Part shown: positions 9,884 through 20,116 of the stretch, piece by piece
How the letters are laid out: the number at the start of each line of letters is the position of its first letter
Numbering within the stretch: the first letter of the stretch is position 1
NCBI GenBank assembly: GCA_965238305.1
Contig: CBDEHK010000001.1
Span: forward strand, 3,034,226 to 3,098,225
DNA: 64,000 nucleotides
Origin: Alphaproteobacteria bacterium
GTDB lineage: Bacteria; Pseudomonadota; Alphaproteobacteria; GCA-2731375
Direction of reading: 5' to 3'
Program-made: the position numbers and the translations under genes
The notes under the pieces: model-generated
Database searches by the model: none
What the model saw: only the letters and a program-made list of their open reading frames with translations
What the model was told of the DNA's origin: nothing

Positions 9884-11374
9884 TTGGGCGACAATCGACG
9901 AATGAAGAACTTTTTGCCGACAAAAGTGTGGCCTACAGCAATAATATGGTTTGCGATCGCGTCCATTTTCACCATGTCCGCCGTATTATTTTATGTTCAC
10001 AGGGCCGAACCTGATAGCCGACATTCGCTTCCATACAAAATCGCCCGACAGGCACAAAAATTAAGCACGGACACGCAAGATTTGGTCGAATACCGCCTGC
10101 TTCTTCAAAATGTTGCTAATCATGCAAATGACCTTCATGACAAATTGTTTTTGACGTCAATTATCCTTTTTCTCATTGCATTTATTTTAGCTGCCATGAT
10201 GATACTGAGATCTCGTAGTGAGAACGAATTGGAAGAGCGGGAACAACACTTTCGTGGGTTAGTTAATGGATCATCGCAGGGTGTATGGTTACACTCGGAA
10301 CTTCGGTTTGTTTACGTAAATAAATCGATGGCTAGCATCTTGGGATATGATGACCCTGCCGAACTTCTTAAATGCGAGAGTATTCTTGAGGTTTTTCCTG
10401 AACCACTACATGAGCGGCTTTGGCATTTGCATAATACGCGATTGTCGAGCGATATCGTCCCACATAATTTTGAAGCGCAGCTTGTTCGCACGGACGGTGA
10501 ACGGTTAAATGTGAACATAAATATCAAAGTTACTTCTTGGCAGGGCAAAAAAACCATTCAAGGTATGTTTTCGGACGTCTCCGACCAAAAATTTGCGGAA
10601 CAAAGGCTTCGTGTTGCGAAGGAAGAAGCTGAGTTTGCCAATCGGGCAAAAACGCAGTTCTTGGCAAATATGAGCCACGAACTGAGAACGCCTCTCAATG
10701 CCATTATCGGCTTTTCAGATATGATGCGTCGACAACCATTCGGTCCCTTGGGATCGCCAAAATATCTCGAATACAGTGAAGACATCAGCGATTCTGGTAA
10801 CCATCTGCTGGAAATAATTTCCGATGTACTTGATGTGTCGAAAATTGAAGCGGGGATGATGGAGCTGAACCGCCAACCGACCCAGTTGGCCCATATCGTC
10901 GACAGCTGCCTAAAATTCGTCGGCGCCAAAGCATCCGACGCCGGCATTGGATTATCAATCGAAATCGAGGATAACTTGCCCGACCTTTATTGCGATGAAT
11001 TACGCTTGCGGCAAATATTACTCAATTTACTCGCCAACGCTGTAAAATTTACCCCAAAAGGCGGCACCGTAAAAATAACCGCTATGCCTGCTCATCGTAA
11101 TCTATTGATTTTGTCTGTTGAAGACACCGGTCGCGGGATCGCGGCCGACGATTTGGACCGAATTTTGGAGCCTTTTGAACAGATTGAAAACGTAATGACC
11201 CGAAATCAGGAAGGGACCGGTCTTGGTCTCTATCTCGTCAAAACATTGACGGAAATGCATGGAGGGCGCATGGTCTTAAATAGCGAAATTGACGTTGGGA
11301 CAAAAATCGAATTATATCTGCCAACAATAAGCGAAGATCAATTCGCGTCGCATCTGGTCGCAGTACGGCATTAG
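9884..11374 (+). CDS. PAS-domain sensor histidine kinase
   Basis: N-terminal TM helices, a PAS region, the HisKA H-box MSHELRTPLNAI, and HATPase_c N/G boxes. Confidence 0.9.
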   Translation: MGDNRRMKNFLPTKVWPTAIIWFAIASIFTMSAVLFYVHRAEPDSRHSLPYKIARQAQKLSTDTQDLVEYRLLLQNVANHANDLHDKLFLTSIILFLIAFILAAMMILRSRSENELEEREQHFRGLVNGSSQGVWLHSELRFVYVNKSMASILGYDDPAELLKCESILEVFPEPLHERLWHLHNTRLSSDIVPHNFEAQLVRTDGERLNVNINIKVTSWQGKKTIQGMFSDVSDQKFAEQRLRVAKEEAEFANRAKTQFLANMSHELRTPLNAIIGFSDMMRRQPFGPLGSPKYLEYSEDISDSGNHLLEIISDVLDVSKIEAGMMELNRQPTQLAHIVDSCLKFVGAKASDAGIGLSIEIEDNLPDLYCDELRLRQILLNLLANAVKFTPKGGTVKITAMPAHRNLLILSVEDTGRGIAADDLDRILEPFEQIENVMTRNQEGTGLGLYLVKTLTEMHGGRMVLNSEIDVGTKIELYLPTISEDQFASHLVAVRH

Positions 11375-11653
11375 ATTGATAATATTCGCCTGGTGAATCG
11401 AACTTTTATTCGGCCATATCAATCTAATTCGTCCGTCCAGTTTCTCATCCTGAACATCCATTCGGGTTCATTCAGTACGCCAGCGGAAATTAGGATCGTG
11501 TAAATCAGAATCGCCCCAACAACGATGCCAAGGATCAATACCCATTTCGTTTTTTGTTCGTCAGCAGCCATATAAAAACCCTTTTTATTTTACTAATTAC
11601 TGTTCACTGCTTGACTAACGATGCCTGATTCTTGGCCAGAATAACCAAATTTT

Positions 11654-12616
11654 ATGGCAACTGCAAATATATGCGAGGTCCCTGGCCAAAAACTACAAAA
11701 ATATTACTTGGCAATGTTGGGTGCGACCCGATATTACCACTATGAGCCGATCCAATTTCAAGGCACTAGGGCGATTGACATGTTTATACAGACCGAGGCT
11801 ACCAATGACGACGCGACGGTAAGATTTTTTCCGGGCGAGCCCGTACTTACGCAAGGTCAAATTGAGTTTAGCGAACTTGAAAGTTCAGTTAATTCTCCTC
11901 TTGCCCGTGCCTTGTTGTCGCTTCCTGACATCAAACATGTGCAACTCAATGTGGATTATATTGCCGTAACAAAGATCGGCGACATAGATTGGGCGCACCT
12001 AAAACCGAGTGTGTTGGGCGCAATAATGGAACACTTTGTCGCCGGCCTTCCGGTTATCGAAGAAATGATTAGTACTAGTCCGGTGGACGAAGACTGGGAT
12101 CGCGCAGAAGATCACGAACTTATCGAGCAATTACGGGAACTAGTTACAACACGAGTAGCGCCAGCCCTGCAGGACGGCGGCGGTGTCGAATATCGCGGTT
12201 ACCGGGATGGGGTAGTGAAACTGGCACTTGAAGGCGTCGCAAAAATGCACGTTTCAGCTATAACCAATATGCTTAAACATTTCATCCCAGAAGTTGTTTC
12301 GATACGTGATGCGAATATGACGACTGGTGAAGGACTTGATACCGAACAGGGTAAGATCGCGCAGCGTATTATTGATGAGCAGGTTAATCCCGCTGTTGCC
12401 AGTCATGGCGGGTTTATTACCCTAATCGACGTAAAAGACAATGAGGTATTTGTACAGCTTGGTGGCGGTTGTCAGGGTTGTGGAATGGCCAACGTGACCC
12501 TAAAGCAGGGAATAGAAACAGCGATCCAGCAACATATGCCGGAAATTACGGCCGTTCTTGACGTCACCGAACACGCTGACGGCGACAATCCATACTATCA
12601 ACAATCGAAGAAATAA
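11654..12616 (+). CDS. Nfu/NifU-type Fe-S scaffold protein with Nfu_N plus tandem NifU-like domains
   Basis: Nfu_N-like N-terminus. The middle NifU-like domain lacks CxxC. The C-terminal domain has GGGCQGCGMA. Confidence 0.75.
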   Translation: MATANICEVPGQKLQKYYLAMLGATRYYHYEPIQFQGTRAIDMFIQTEATNDDATVRFFPGEPVLTQGQIEFSELESSVNSPLARALLSLPDIKHVQLNVDYIAVTKIGDIDWAHLKPSVLGAIMEHFVAGLPVIEEMISTSPVDEDWDRAEDHELIEQLRELVTTRVAPALQDGGGVEYRGYRDGVVKLALEGVAKMHVSAITNMLKHFIPEVVSIRDANMTTGEGLDTEQGKIAQRIIDEQVNPAVASHGGFITLIDVKDNEVFVQLGGGCQGCGMANVTLKQGIETAIQQHMPEITAVLDVTEHADGDNPYYQQSKK

Positions 12617-12630
12617 TCGTCGATTTTGAA

Positions 12631-13884
12631 GTGGATGCAGGATTGAAAAAACTTCTACTTCTCATTCCAACCACCAGCTATCGAACCGATGATTTCATGG
12701 CGGCGGCGGAAAAACTAGGCGTTGAGATTTATCTTGGTACTAATGAAAAACAGGCGCTAGAGGATCTTTCAGGTGGTCGAATTCTGGCTTTTGACTTTGA
12801 AGACATTGAACATGGCGCCTCCCAGATTGTCGAGAAGACGGCGGAAATCGGCCTAGATGCTGTGGTTTCGGTCGATGATGGCGCCAATGTTCTTTCTGCC
12901 GCAGCGGCAAAAAAATTAGGATTGCGACACAACGATCCGGACGCCGTCTCATTCAGCCGCAACAAATACTATTTCCGCCAGAAATTACAGGAAGCAGATT
13001 GCTTATCGCCTGATTTCCAATTGCAGCCGCTAACCGCCAATCCGGCGGAAATCGCGCGCGAGATTACATTCCCCTGCGTTATCAAACCGCTGACTTTGAA
13101 TATGAGCCGCGGCGTCATCCGGGCAGATGGACATAATTCCTTTGTCGCAGCGTTTGATCGCGTAAAAGAAATCATTGCACAACCCGATGCCAAAACTCCC
13201 GGGATTGCGGCGGATCATTTGATGATTGAAAGCTATGTACCGGGCAAAGAATACGCCATTGAGGGACTGATACGAAATGGTGAACTCATTATTTTGGCGA
13301 TATTCGATAAACCAGATCCGTTGGAGGGTCCCTATTTTGAAGAAACCATATATGTTACCCCTGCTTCTGTCTCTCCGGCGCTGAAATCAAATATTCATCA
13401 GGCAGCGCAAGATGCGATCAGGGCGATTGGGTTATCGGATGGACCGACCCATATCGATCTTCGGGTGAACGAAACTGGCGTCTACATTATCGAAGCGGAC
13501 GCCAGAACCATCGGAGGACACTGTGGTCGCAGCTTACGTTTCGGTGATGGCATGCGATTGGAAGAAGTGGTGTTGCGCCATGCACTGGACTTACCGATAA
13601 GGCTGGGCGAGCGGACGGACAAAGCCGGCGGTGTCATGATGATTCCAATTCCAAGCACCGGAATATTGAAAGAATTTCACGGGGTCGATGACGCGCAAAT
13701 GGTTCCAAATATTGCCGAAATATCAATTACAATTCCACTCAATCATAAAGTTGTTACGTTGCCGGATGGCGGGCGTTATTTGGGCTTCATTATCGCCCAC
13801 GCAAATACCGCATCAGAAGTAACCAATGCTTTGCGCACCGCTCATGCCCACCTTGAATTTGTCATCGATGACATCACAGAATAA
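12631..13884 (+). CDS. ATP-grasp domain protein
   Basis: GTG start. Central ATP-grasp fold motifs (VIKP..., ESYVPGKEYAIEG, IEADAR). Confidence 0.65.
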   Translation: MDAGLKKLLLLIPTTSYRTDDFMAAAEKLGVEIYLGTNEKQALEDLSGGRILAFDFEDIEHGASQIVEKTAEIGLDAVVSVDDGANVLSAAAAKKLGLRHNDPDAVSFSRNKYYFRQKLQEADCLSPDFQLQPLTANPAEIAREITFPCVIKPLTLNMSRGVIRADGHNSFVAAFDRVKEIIAQPDAKTPGIAADHLMIESYVPGKEYAIEGLIRNGELIILAIFDKPDPLEGPYFEETIYVTPASVSPALKSNIHQAAQDAIRAIGLSDGPTHIDLRVNETGVYIIEADARTIGGHCGRSLRFGDGMRLEEVVLRHALDLPIRLGERTDKAGGVMMIPIPSTGILKEFHGVDDAQMVPNIAEISITIPLNHKVVTLPDGGRYLGFIIAHANTASEVTNALRTAHAHLEFVIDDITE

Positions 13885-14191
13885 AACACCTGAAGTTAAT
13901 GTTGATTTTGCAGATGGCGTCCTTCATCTCGACTTGGGCAATTACGAAATTAGCATTACTTTGGGGGTAATACTTGATGATGGCGGAATGGTTATTTCGC
14001 AAGCGCTGAGTATATTTGCGCGTTGGCTCGTTGCTGATTGGGATGATTTGTCGGCGCAAGAAAGTATGGATTTGCGGAGTTTGTTCGCTGGTGCTGACAT
14101 TCGAGTATGCGATCACGCTTCCGCCGATGCGGATTTCCGGGTCGAGGCAAACGATATTTTTGAGTTTTTAATCGGGCTAAGAGCAGAATGA
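13868..14191 (+). CDS. small acidic hypothetical protein
   Basis: ATG overlaps the ATP-grasp stop by 17 nt. 107 aa, acidic, no known motif. Confidence 0.35.
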   Translation: MTSQNKTPEVNVDFADGVLHLDLGNYEISITLGVILDDGGMVISQALSIFARWLVADWDDLSAQESMDLRSLFAGADIRVCDHASADADFRVEANDIFEFLIGLRAE

Positions 14192-14204
14192 CGGATACTG
14201 ACCG

Positions 14205-15470
14205 ATGACTGAATTTTCCCGTGATGTCGCGTTGCTCTTGGTGCTCGCGTCCATGTTCGGATTGGTAAACCACAAGCTTCTCAAACTTCACCGAACGATT
14301 GGTTTGGTCATAGTTGCCCTGTTCTCTTCTTTGTCGATTTTGGCATTGGACGCCGTATTTCCATCATTTTCACTCGGCAAACAGTTTCGAGCCGAACTCA
14401 TTGAAATCGACTTCTCTGATGTTCTCATGCACGGAATGCTTAGTTTTCTGCTGTTTGCCGGTGCTATGCATGTAGACTTAAATCGATTGGCCGAACAAAA
14501 ATGGGTTGTGGGCGTAATGGCGACGTTCGGCGTCGTGACATCCACATTTTTGGTCGGCGGTGCGATGTGGTGGGTGTTTGGGGCGCTTGGGTTGCAGATT
14601 TCATTCATTTATTGTTTGATTTTTGGTGCCCTCATCTCGCCCACGGATCCCGTTGCGGTACTAGGTATACTGAAGACAGCCAACGCTCCAGAAAGTCTGG
14701 AAGCAAAGATCGCCGGTGAAAGTCTGTTTAACGACGGCGTCGGCGTGGTCGTATTTATCATATTGGTGGGCATTGCGGTCGGTACCGGCGACGGTGGCAA
14801 CCTTGACGCGATGGATATTGCCATCTTGTTTGGCAAAGAGGCTGTTGGCGGTGCGATGCTCGGTCTTATTGGCGGAGGTATCGCTTTTTACACGCTCAGA
14901 AGCGTCGATGAACACAATCTTGAAGTTCTGATCACATTGGCTCTGGTCACCGGTCTTTATGAATTGGCACAGTATCTTCATTCCTCCGGCCCGATCGCTG
15001 TCGTTGTCGCTGGGTTATTAATTGGCAATCACGGTAAACGTTTGGCGATGAGCGAAACAACCCGTGTCCATCTCAGCAATTTCTGGACCCTCATTGATGA
15101 AATATTGAATGCCGTGCTTTTTCTGCTGATCGGTCTCGAAGTTGTACTGATTTCAATGGAGGCTAGTTATATTATTGCTGGGATAATTGGCATACCCGTC
15201 GTCCTCCTATCAAGGTTCGTCTGTGTCGGCATTCCGATCACCCTGTTCCGCCTACGAGAAACATTCAGCCCGGGTGCTGTTCGAATTCTGACATGGGGTG
15301 GCTTGCGCGGCGGGATCTCTGTGGCACTCGCCTTGTCGTTGCCCCCAAGTCCAGAAAAGCCTCTTATTTTGACGGTTTGTTATCTGATCGTTATTTTTTC
15401 GATCATCGTTCAAGGTCTCACAGTCGGGTCTTTGGTCAAACGCCTAATTCCGAATGATCCATCCCGGTAA
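14205..15470 (+). CDS. Na+/H+ exchanger (CPA1/NhaP-type)
   Basis: 421 aa, multi-TM, with the CPA1 hallmark regions (ISPTDPVAV). Confidence 0.85.
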   Translation: MTEFSRDVALLLVLASMFGLVNHKLLKLHRTIGLVIVALFSSLSILALDAVFPSFSLGKQFRAELIEIDFSDVLMHGMLSFLLFAGAMHVDLNRLAEQKWVVGVMATFGVVTSTFLVGGAMWWVFGALGLQISFIYCLIFGALISPTDPVAVLGILKTANAPESLEAKIAGESLFNDGVGVVVFIILVGIAVGTGDGGNLDAMDIAILFGKEAVGGAMLGLIGGGIAFYTLRSVDEHNLEVLITLALVTGLYELAQYLHSSGPIAVVVAGLLIGNHGKRLAMSETTRVHLSNFWTLIDEILNAVLFLLIGLEVVLISMEASYIIAGIIGIPVVLLSRFVCVGIPITLFRLRETFSPGAVRILTWGGLRGGISVALALSLPPSPEKPLILTVCYLIVIFSIIVQGLTVGSLVKRLIPNDPSR

Positions 15471-15560
15471 AATACACAACAACCGTGTAATATAAATTAA
15501 ACTATCTTGAATAAACGGGGAACAATCCTTAGGTTTGTTGCGCGAAGTAAATCCCTCAAT

Positions 15561-16580
15561 ATGAACGAGCATACCATGGACATCAAAACCGGTTTTGTCG
15601 ACACGATCGGAAATACCCCCCTCATCCGCTTAAATCAGGCTTCGGAGGCGACCGGATGTGAAATCTATGGCAAAGCGGAATTTTTGAATCCCGGTGGCTC
15701 TGTCAAAGATCGTGCCGCCCTTGCCATCATCAAGGATGCCGAAGCGAAAGGCCAGATCGAGCCCGGCGGTATCATTGTTGAAGGGACGGCCGGGAATACC
15801 GGCATCGGCCTTACTTTGGTTGGCAATGCGCGTGGTTATAAATCCGTTATTGTTATTCCAGAAACTCAGACCGAAGAGAAAAAAAGCACCCTTCGAAACA
15901 TTGGCGCTGACGTACGTGAAGTCGCCGCCCTGCCCTATAAAGATCCAAACAATTATGTGAAGGTTTCAGGCCGACTGGCGGAAGAAATCAACCAAAGCCA
16001 CGATAAGGGCGCGATCTGGGCCAATCAATTCGACAATGTCGCCAATCGCCAAGGCCATTATGAAACCACAGGACCGGAGATATTTGCGCAGACCGACGGC
16101 AAGATAGACGGTTTCATTTGCGCCATCGGTTCTGGTGGTACCCTCGCTGGTGTGGCGATGGCGCTAACGGAACGCAAGCCGGAGATCAAAATCGGTTTGG
16201 CTGATCCACCAGGTGCGGCGCTATTCAACTATTACGCTCATGGTGAATTGAAGGCCGAAGGAAGCTCTATAACCGAAGGCATTGGACAAGGCCGGATCAC
16301 CGCCAATATTGAAGAATTAAAAGTCGATTTGCCGTTTTTTGTTCCGGACGCGGAGGCTGTACAGGTCGCTTTCGATCTTTTGCAGTATGAAGGTTTATCG
16401 CTGGGGCTATCCAGCGGCGTCAATGTTGCAGGTGCCATTCGGATGGCAAAAGAAATGGGCCCCGGCCATGTCATTGTCACGGTCCTATGCGACGGTTCCG
16501 ATCGTTACAAAAGTCGGATGTTCAACCCGGAATTTTTAAAAGGGTTGGACCTGCCGGTTCCCGCTTGGCTGGATCGTTGA
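15561..16580 (+). CDS. cysK: cysteine synthase (PLP-dependent, CysK/CysM family)
   Basis: GNTPLIRL, SVKDR lysine motif, GTAGNTG and GIGSGGT loops. Start codon uncertain (15507, 15561 or 15576). Confidence 0.8.
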   Translation: MNEHTMDIKTGFVDTIGNTPLIRLNQASEATGCEIYGKAEFLNPGGSVKDRAALAIIKDAEAKGQIEPGGIIVEGTAGNTGIGLTLVGNARGYKSVIVIPETQTEEKKSTLRNIGADVREVAALPYKDPNNYVKVSGRLAEEINQSHDKGAIWANQFDNVANRQGHYETTGPEIFAQTDGKIDGFICAIGSGGTLAGVAMALTERKPEIKIGLADPPGAALFNYYAHGELKAEGSSITEGIGQGRITANIEELKVDLPFFVPDAEAVQVAFDLLQYEGLSLGLSSGVNVAGAIRMAKEMGPGHVIVTVLCDGSDRYKSRMFNPEFLKGLDLPVPAWLDR

Positions 16581-16620
16581 GGTCTGCGATAGTGACGCCC
16601 GTTAACTAGCGGGTGATCGA

Positions 16621-17337
16621 ATGAATACAGAAACAATCTTCACTGACGATCCTTATGCACGGAATTGCGAAGCGAAAGTCGTGGCAATAAACGACCTCGG
16701 CGGCGTCATCTTGGACCGGACAGTATTTTATCCAACCGGTGGTGGGCAACCGGGTGATAGCGGTAATTTGCGTCTTGGTGATGGCCGCCAGATTTCGATC
16801 GTTACTGCCGTGAAAGGTGACAGCGCCAATGAAGTTGTCCATGTCCCTGCGGAGGGACAAGAGCCGCCGGCGATCGGCGACAAAGTCACTGCCGTCATCG
16901 ATTGGGATCGCCGTCATCGTCTGATGCGAATTCATACCTGTTTGCACCTGTTGTCTGCGGTCCTACCTTACCCTGTGACCGGTGGTCAAATTGGTGACGG
17001 AAAAGGACGGCTGGATTTTGACCTGCCGGAGATGTCAACGACAAAAGAAGAGATTACCGAAAAGCTAAATAGCCTGATTGTTAGGAATTTGGATGTTACT
17101 TACGACTGGATCAGCGACGAAGAATTATCCGCGAACCCGGACTTGGTAAAGACCATGTCGGTGAAACCGCCAATGGGCCTTGGCAAAGTGCGTCTAATTC
17201 GGTTGGACGATTGCGACCTACAGCCGTGTGGTGGCACGCATGTTCGTAACACCGGAGAAATCGGGTCCGTCCGGGTGCGCAAAATCGAAAAAAAAGGTAA
17301 ACAAAACCGTCGGGTCTCGATCGAATTTTCGGATTGA
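16621..17337 (+). CDS. alaX: alanyl-tRNA editing protein AlaX-like
   Basis: HTCLHLL and CGGTHV zinc-binding motifs of the Ala/Thr-tRNA synthetase second additional domain. Confidence 0.85.
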   Translation: MNTETIFTDDPYARNCEAKVVAINDLGGVILDRTVFYPTGGGQPGDSGNLRLGDGRQISIVTAVKGDSANEVVHVPAEGQEPPAIGDKVTAVIDWDRRHRLMRIHTCLHLLSAVLPYPVTGGQIGDGKGRLDFDLPEMSTTKEEITEKLNSLIVRNLDVTYDWISDEELSANPDLVKTMSVKPPMGLGKVRLIRLDDCDLQPCGGTHVRNTGEIGSVRVRKIEKKGKQNRRVSIEFSD

Positions 17338-17368
17338 CGATTGGTAGTGAATTGTAGGGATTTATCGA

Positions 17369-18220
17369 ATGGCTTTCAAAAACAAAGACGCTCTGGTCAA
17401 TGCAAAATGGCTGGCCAAGAACATAGAAAAGTCAGAAGTCAAAGTCGTCGACGCCAGCTGGTATATGCCGGCGCAACAGCGTAATCCCGCATCCGAATAT
17501 ACCGAAGCGCATATTCCCGGCGCGCAGTTTTTTGACATCGATGCCATCGCGGACACTGCTAACCCGCTCCCTCATATGTTTCCAACAGCCGCTCATTTTG
17601 CGACGGATGTCGGCAAACTAGGCATAACAAACGTCGATCATGTCGTCTGTTATGATGGCGGCGGCATGATGGCGGCCAGTCGCGCCTGGTGGATGTTTCG
17701 CGCCTTCGGTCATGAAAATGTATCCGTTTTGGATGGCGGCATTGCTAAATGGCAAGACGATAATAACCCGGTAGAATCAGGATCAGCCAATGTTACATCC
17801 GCCACCTATGATGCGGTATTGGCTGAAGACATGGTTCGTGATGTTGATCACATGCTCGATCTGATCCATAGCCGTAGTGGAGCGGAGCAAATTATCGATG
17901 CCCGCTCATCCGGACGATTTCATGGCACGGATCCGGAGCCACGCGAAGGCTTGCGTGGCGGTAAGATGCCGGGATCGCTCAATATTCCAATGCAGATGCT
18001 ATTGAACGACGACGGAACAATGAAGCCCAAAGGCGACTTGCAAGGTGTCTTTGCCGCGACTGGCTTCGGTTATGATCGCCCAGTTGTGACAACTTGTGGA
18101 TCCGGCATATCGGCAGCTTTATTATTGCTTGGCCTTCATCTGGTGGAGCATGAAGGGTTGGCCCTTTATGATGGCAGTTGGACCGAATGGGGCGGTCGTG
18201 CGGACACCCCAATAATCTAA
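17369..18220 (+). CDS. sseA: 3-mercaptopyruvate sulfurtransferase (tandem rhodanese)
   Basis: Two rhodanese domains with the active-site loop CGSGISAA. Confidence 0.85.
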   Translation: MAFKNKDALVNAKWLAKNIEKSEVKVVDASWYMPAQQRNPASEYTEAHIPGAQFFDIDAIADTANPLPHMFPTAAHFATDVGKLGITNVDHVVCYDGGGMMAASRAWWMFRAFGHENVSVLDGGIAKWQDDNNPVESGSANVTSATYDAVLAEDMVRDVDHMLDLIHSRSGAEQIIDARSSGRFHGTDPEPREGLRGGKMPGSLNIPMQMLLNDDGTMKPKGDLQGVFAATGFGYDRPVVTTCGSGISAALLLLGLHLVEHEGLALYDGSWTEWGGRADTPII

Positions 18221-18249
18221 ACATCATGATCTAAATTGGGTTTATCGAT

Positions 18250-19230
18250 ATGAAAATAAGAACGTATGAAGATGCGGACCTCGGTGCTGTGGTGCAGCTA
18301 TGGCGAGACTGCGACTTATTAGTTAATCCGTTGAACGATCCTAAAAAGGATATCAATTTCTGCCGCGAAAGCGGCCATGGTGACGTATTGGTTGGACTTG
18401 ATGATAATGACACTGTCGTTGCCTCGGTGATGATGGGACATGATGGACATCGTGGTTGGATCTATTATCTTGCCAGCCGGCCCGATATCCAGGGCCAAGG
18501 TCATGGCCGATTGATGACGGCAGCGGCGGAAAAATGGTTGAAAGATCGCAGCGTTCCGAAGGTCGAATTATTGGTGCGCGACACGAATTCACGTGTCATC
18601 GGTTTCTATCAACGTTGCGGTTATAATATTGAACCTCGGGCGGTCATGTCGCGGCGCTTGGATGGCGTGCCACTTGAACTCGCACAACAGAAGGACAACG
18701 ACCCGGTGGTGATCACTTATCTGTCGATGGATCGCCGTCCGAGCCTACCGCAGATCGAACCAAAATATAAACATTATGCCTTGATACGTGCGAACCAGCC
18801 GACGGTTTCGTTTTACCGCTATTTATACGACACGGTCGGTAAACAGTGGTTTTGGACTGACCGCAAAGGTTTGAGCGACGATGAGTTGAAGGCGGTGCTG
18901 GACGATGTGGCAGTGGATTTATTCGTGGTTTATGTCGAAGGCAGCCCAGCTGGGTTTTTCGAACTCGACCGCCGGGAGATGCCAACCATCGATTTGGCCT
19001 ATTTCGGAATCCTACCTGACTTTATCGGAGGCCGGCTCGGGCCGTGGTTATTGTCGCAAGCGCTGGAGGAAATTTGGCGCCATGAACCGACGCTTGTAAC
19101 AGTGAATACCTGCACACTGGATCACCCAAGCGCCTTGCCGCTTTATCAGCGTTTTGGTTATCAGCCCTACGACCGTAAAGAAGTGGCAACGCCGTGGCAG
19201 CGACAAGTTCCAGCCCTCGATGACTTTTGA
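18250..19230 (+). CDS. GNAT-family N-acetyltransferase (two GNAT-like halves)
   Basis: GNAT motif A (QGQGHGRLM) in the N-terminal half. The second half is acetyltransferase-like. Confidence 0.7.
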   Translation: MKIRTYEDADLGAVVQLWRDCDLLVNPLNDPKKDINFCRESGHGDVLVGLDDNDTVVASVMMGHDGHRGWIYYLASRPDIQGQGHGRLMTAAAEKWLKDRSVPKVELLVRDTNSRVIGFYQRCGYNIEPRAVMSRRLDGVPLELAQQKDNDPVVITYLSMDRRPSLPQIEPKYKHYALIRANQPTVSFYRYLYDTVGKQWFWTDRKGLSDDELKAVLDDVAVDLFVVYVEGSPAGFFELDRREMPTIDLAYFGILPDFIGGRLGPWLLSQALEEIWRHEPTLVTVNTCTLDHPSALPLYQRFGYQPYDRKEVATPWQRQVPALDDF

Positions 19231-19234
19231 CATG

Positions 19235-19273
19235 AAAACGCCGCGTCTTTATTCCAGACGCGGCGTCTTTGAT
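19235..19273. terminator. bidirectional intrinsic terminator between convergent genes
   Basis: 12-bp perfect stem ACGCCGCGTCT/AGACGCGGCGT with a 7-nt loop. A/T runs on both sides. Confidence 0.7.
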
Positions 19274-19289
19274 TTCGGATAATATTCTT

Positions 19290-20081
19290 CTAGTGTGCCA
19301 AAATTTGGCTTAAGAATAATTTCGTCCGGTCGCTTTGCGGATTGTTGAAGAATTCGTTCGGCGTATTCTGTTCAACGATCACCCCTTCATCCATGAAGAT
19401 GACCCGGTCGGCGACTTTGTTGGCAAAGCCCATTTCGTGCGTCACAACGATCATCGTCATGCCCGTTTCAGCCAATTGAATCATCGTATCCAGCACTTCT
19501 GATATCATTTCAGGATCAAGTGCGGAAGTCGGTTCATCAAACAACATGATACGCGGTTGCATGCACAGGGCCCGGGCGATCGCTACGCGTTGCTGCTGCC
19601 CGCCGGACATTTGTCCTGGATATTTGTCCGCTTGTTCGGGAATTTTAACCTTGGTCAAATATTCCATGGCGATTTCTTCTGCATCCGCTTTCGGCATTTT
19701 GCGAACCCAGATTGGAGCCAGAGTGCAATTTTGCAGAACCGTCAAATGTGGAAACAAATTGAAGGATTGAAAGACCATACCAACTTCAGAGCGGATCTGA
19801 TCGATATTCTTTAGATTGTTATCCATCGTCACGCCTTCGACGATGATGTCGCCACGTTGATGCTCTTCCAGGCGATTGATACAACGGATCAACGTCGATT
19901 TACCGGAACCTGAAGGCCCGCAAATAACGATCCGTTCCCGATTACTGACGGTCAGATTAATATCCCGCAGAACGTGGAAATCGCCATACCATTTGTTCAT
20001 ATCGGTGATCTGAATGGCGATCTCGTCAGACACCGCGGAAGCTATCTGGCCATTGCCTTCATTTGTTTCAGTACTAGACAT
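19290..20081 (-). CDS. aapP: general L-amino acid ABC transporter ATP-binding protein
   Basis: Walker [10 protein letters not shown], signature LSGGQQQRV, Walker B. Confidence 0.9.
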   Translation of the reverse strand: MSSTETNEGNGQIASAVSDEIAIQITDMNKWYGDFHVLRDINLTVSNRERIVICGPSGSGKSTLIRCINRLEEHQRGDIIVEGVTMDNNLKNIDQIRSEVGMVFQSFNLFPHLTVLQNCTLAPIWVRKMPKADAEEIAMEYLTKVKIPEQADKYPGQMSGGQQQRVAIARALCMQPRIMLFDEPTSALDPEMISEVLDTMIQLAETGMTMIVVTHEMGFANKVADRVIFMDEGVIVEQNTPNEFFNNPQSDRTKLFLSQILAH

Positions 20082-20116
20082 GCTTATTTACTCCTGCCCA
20101 TTTCCATGGATATTCT

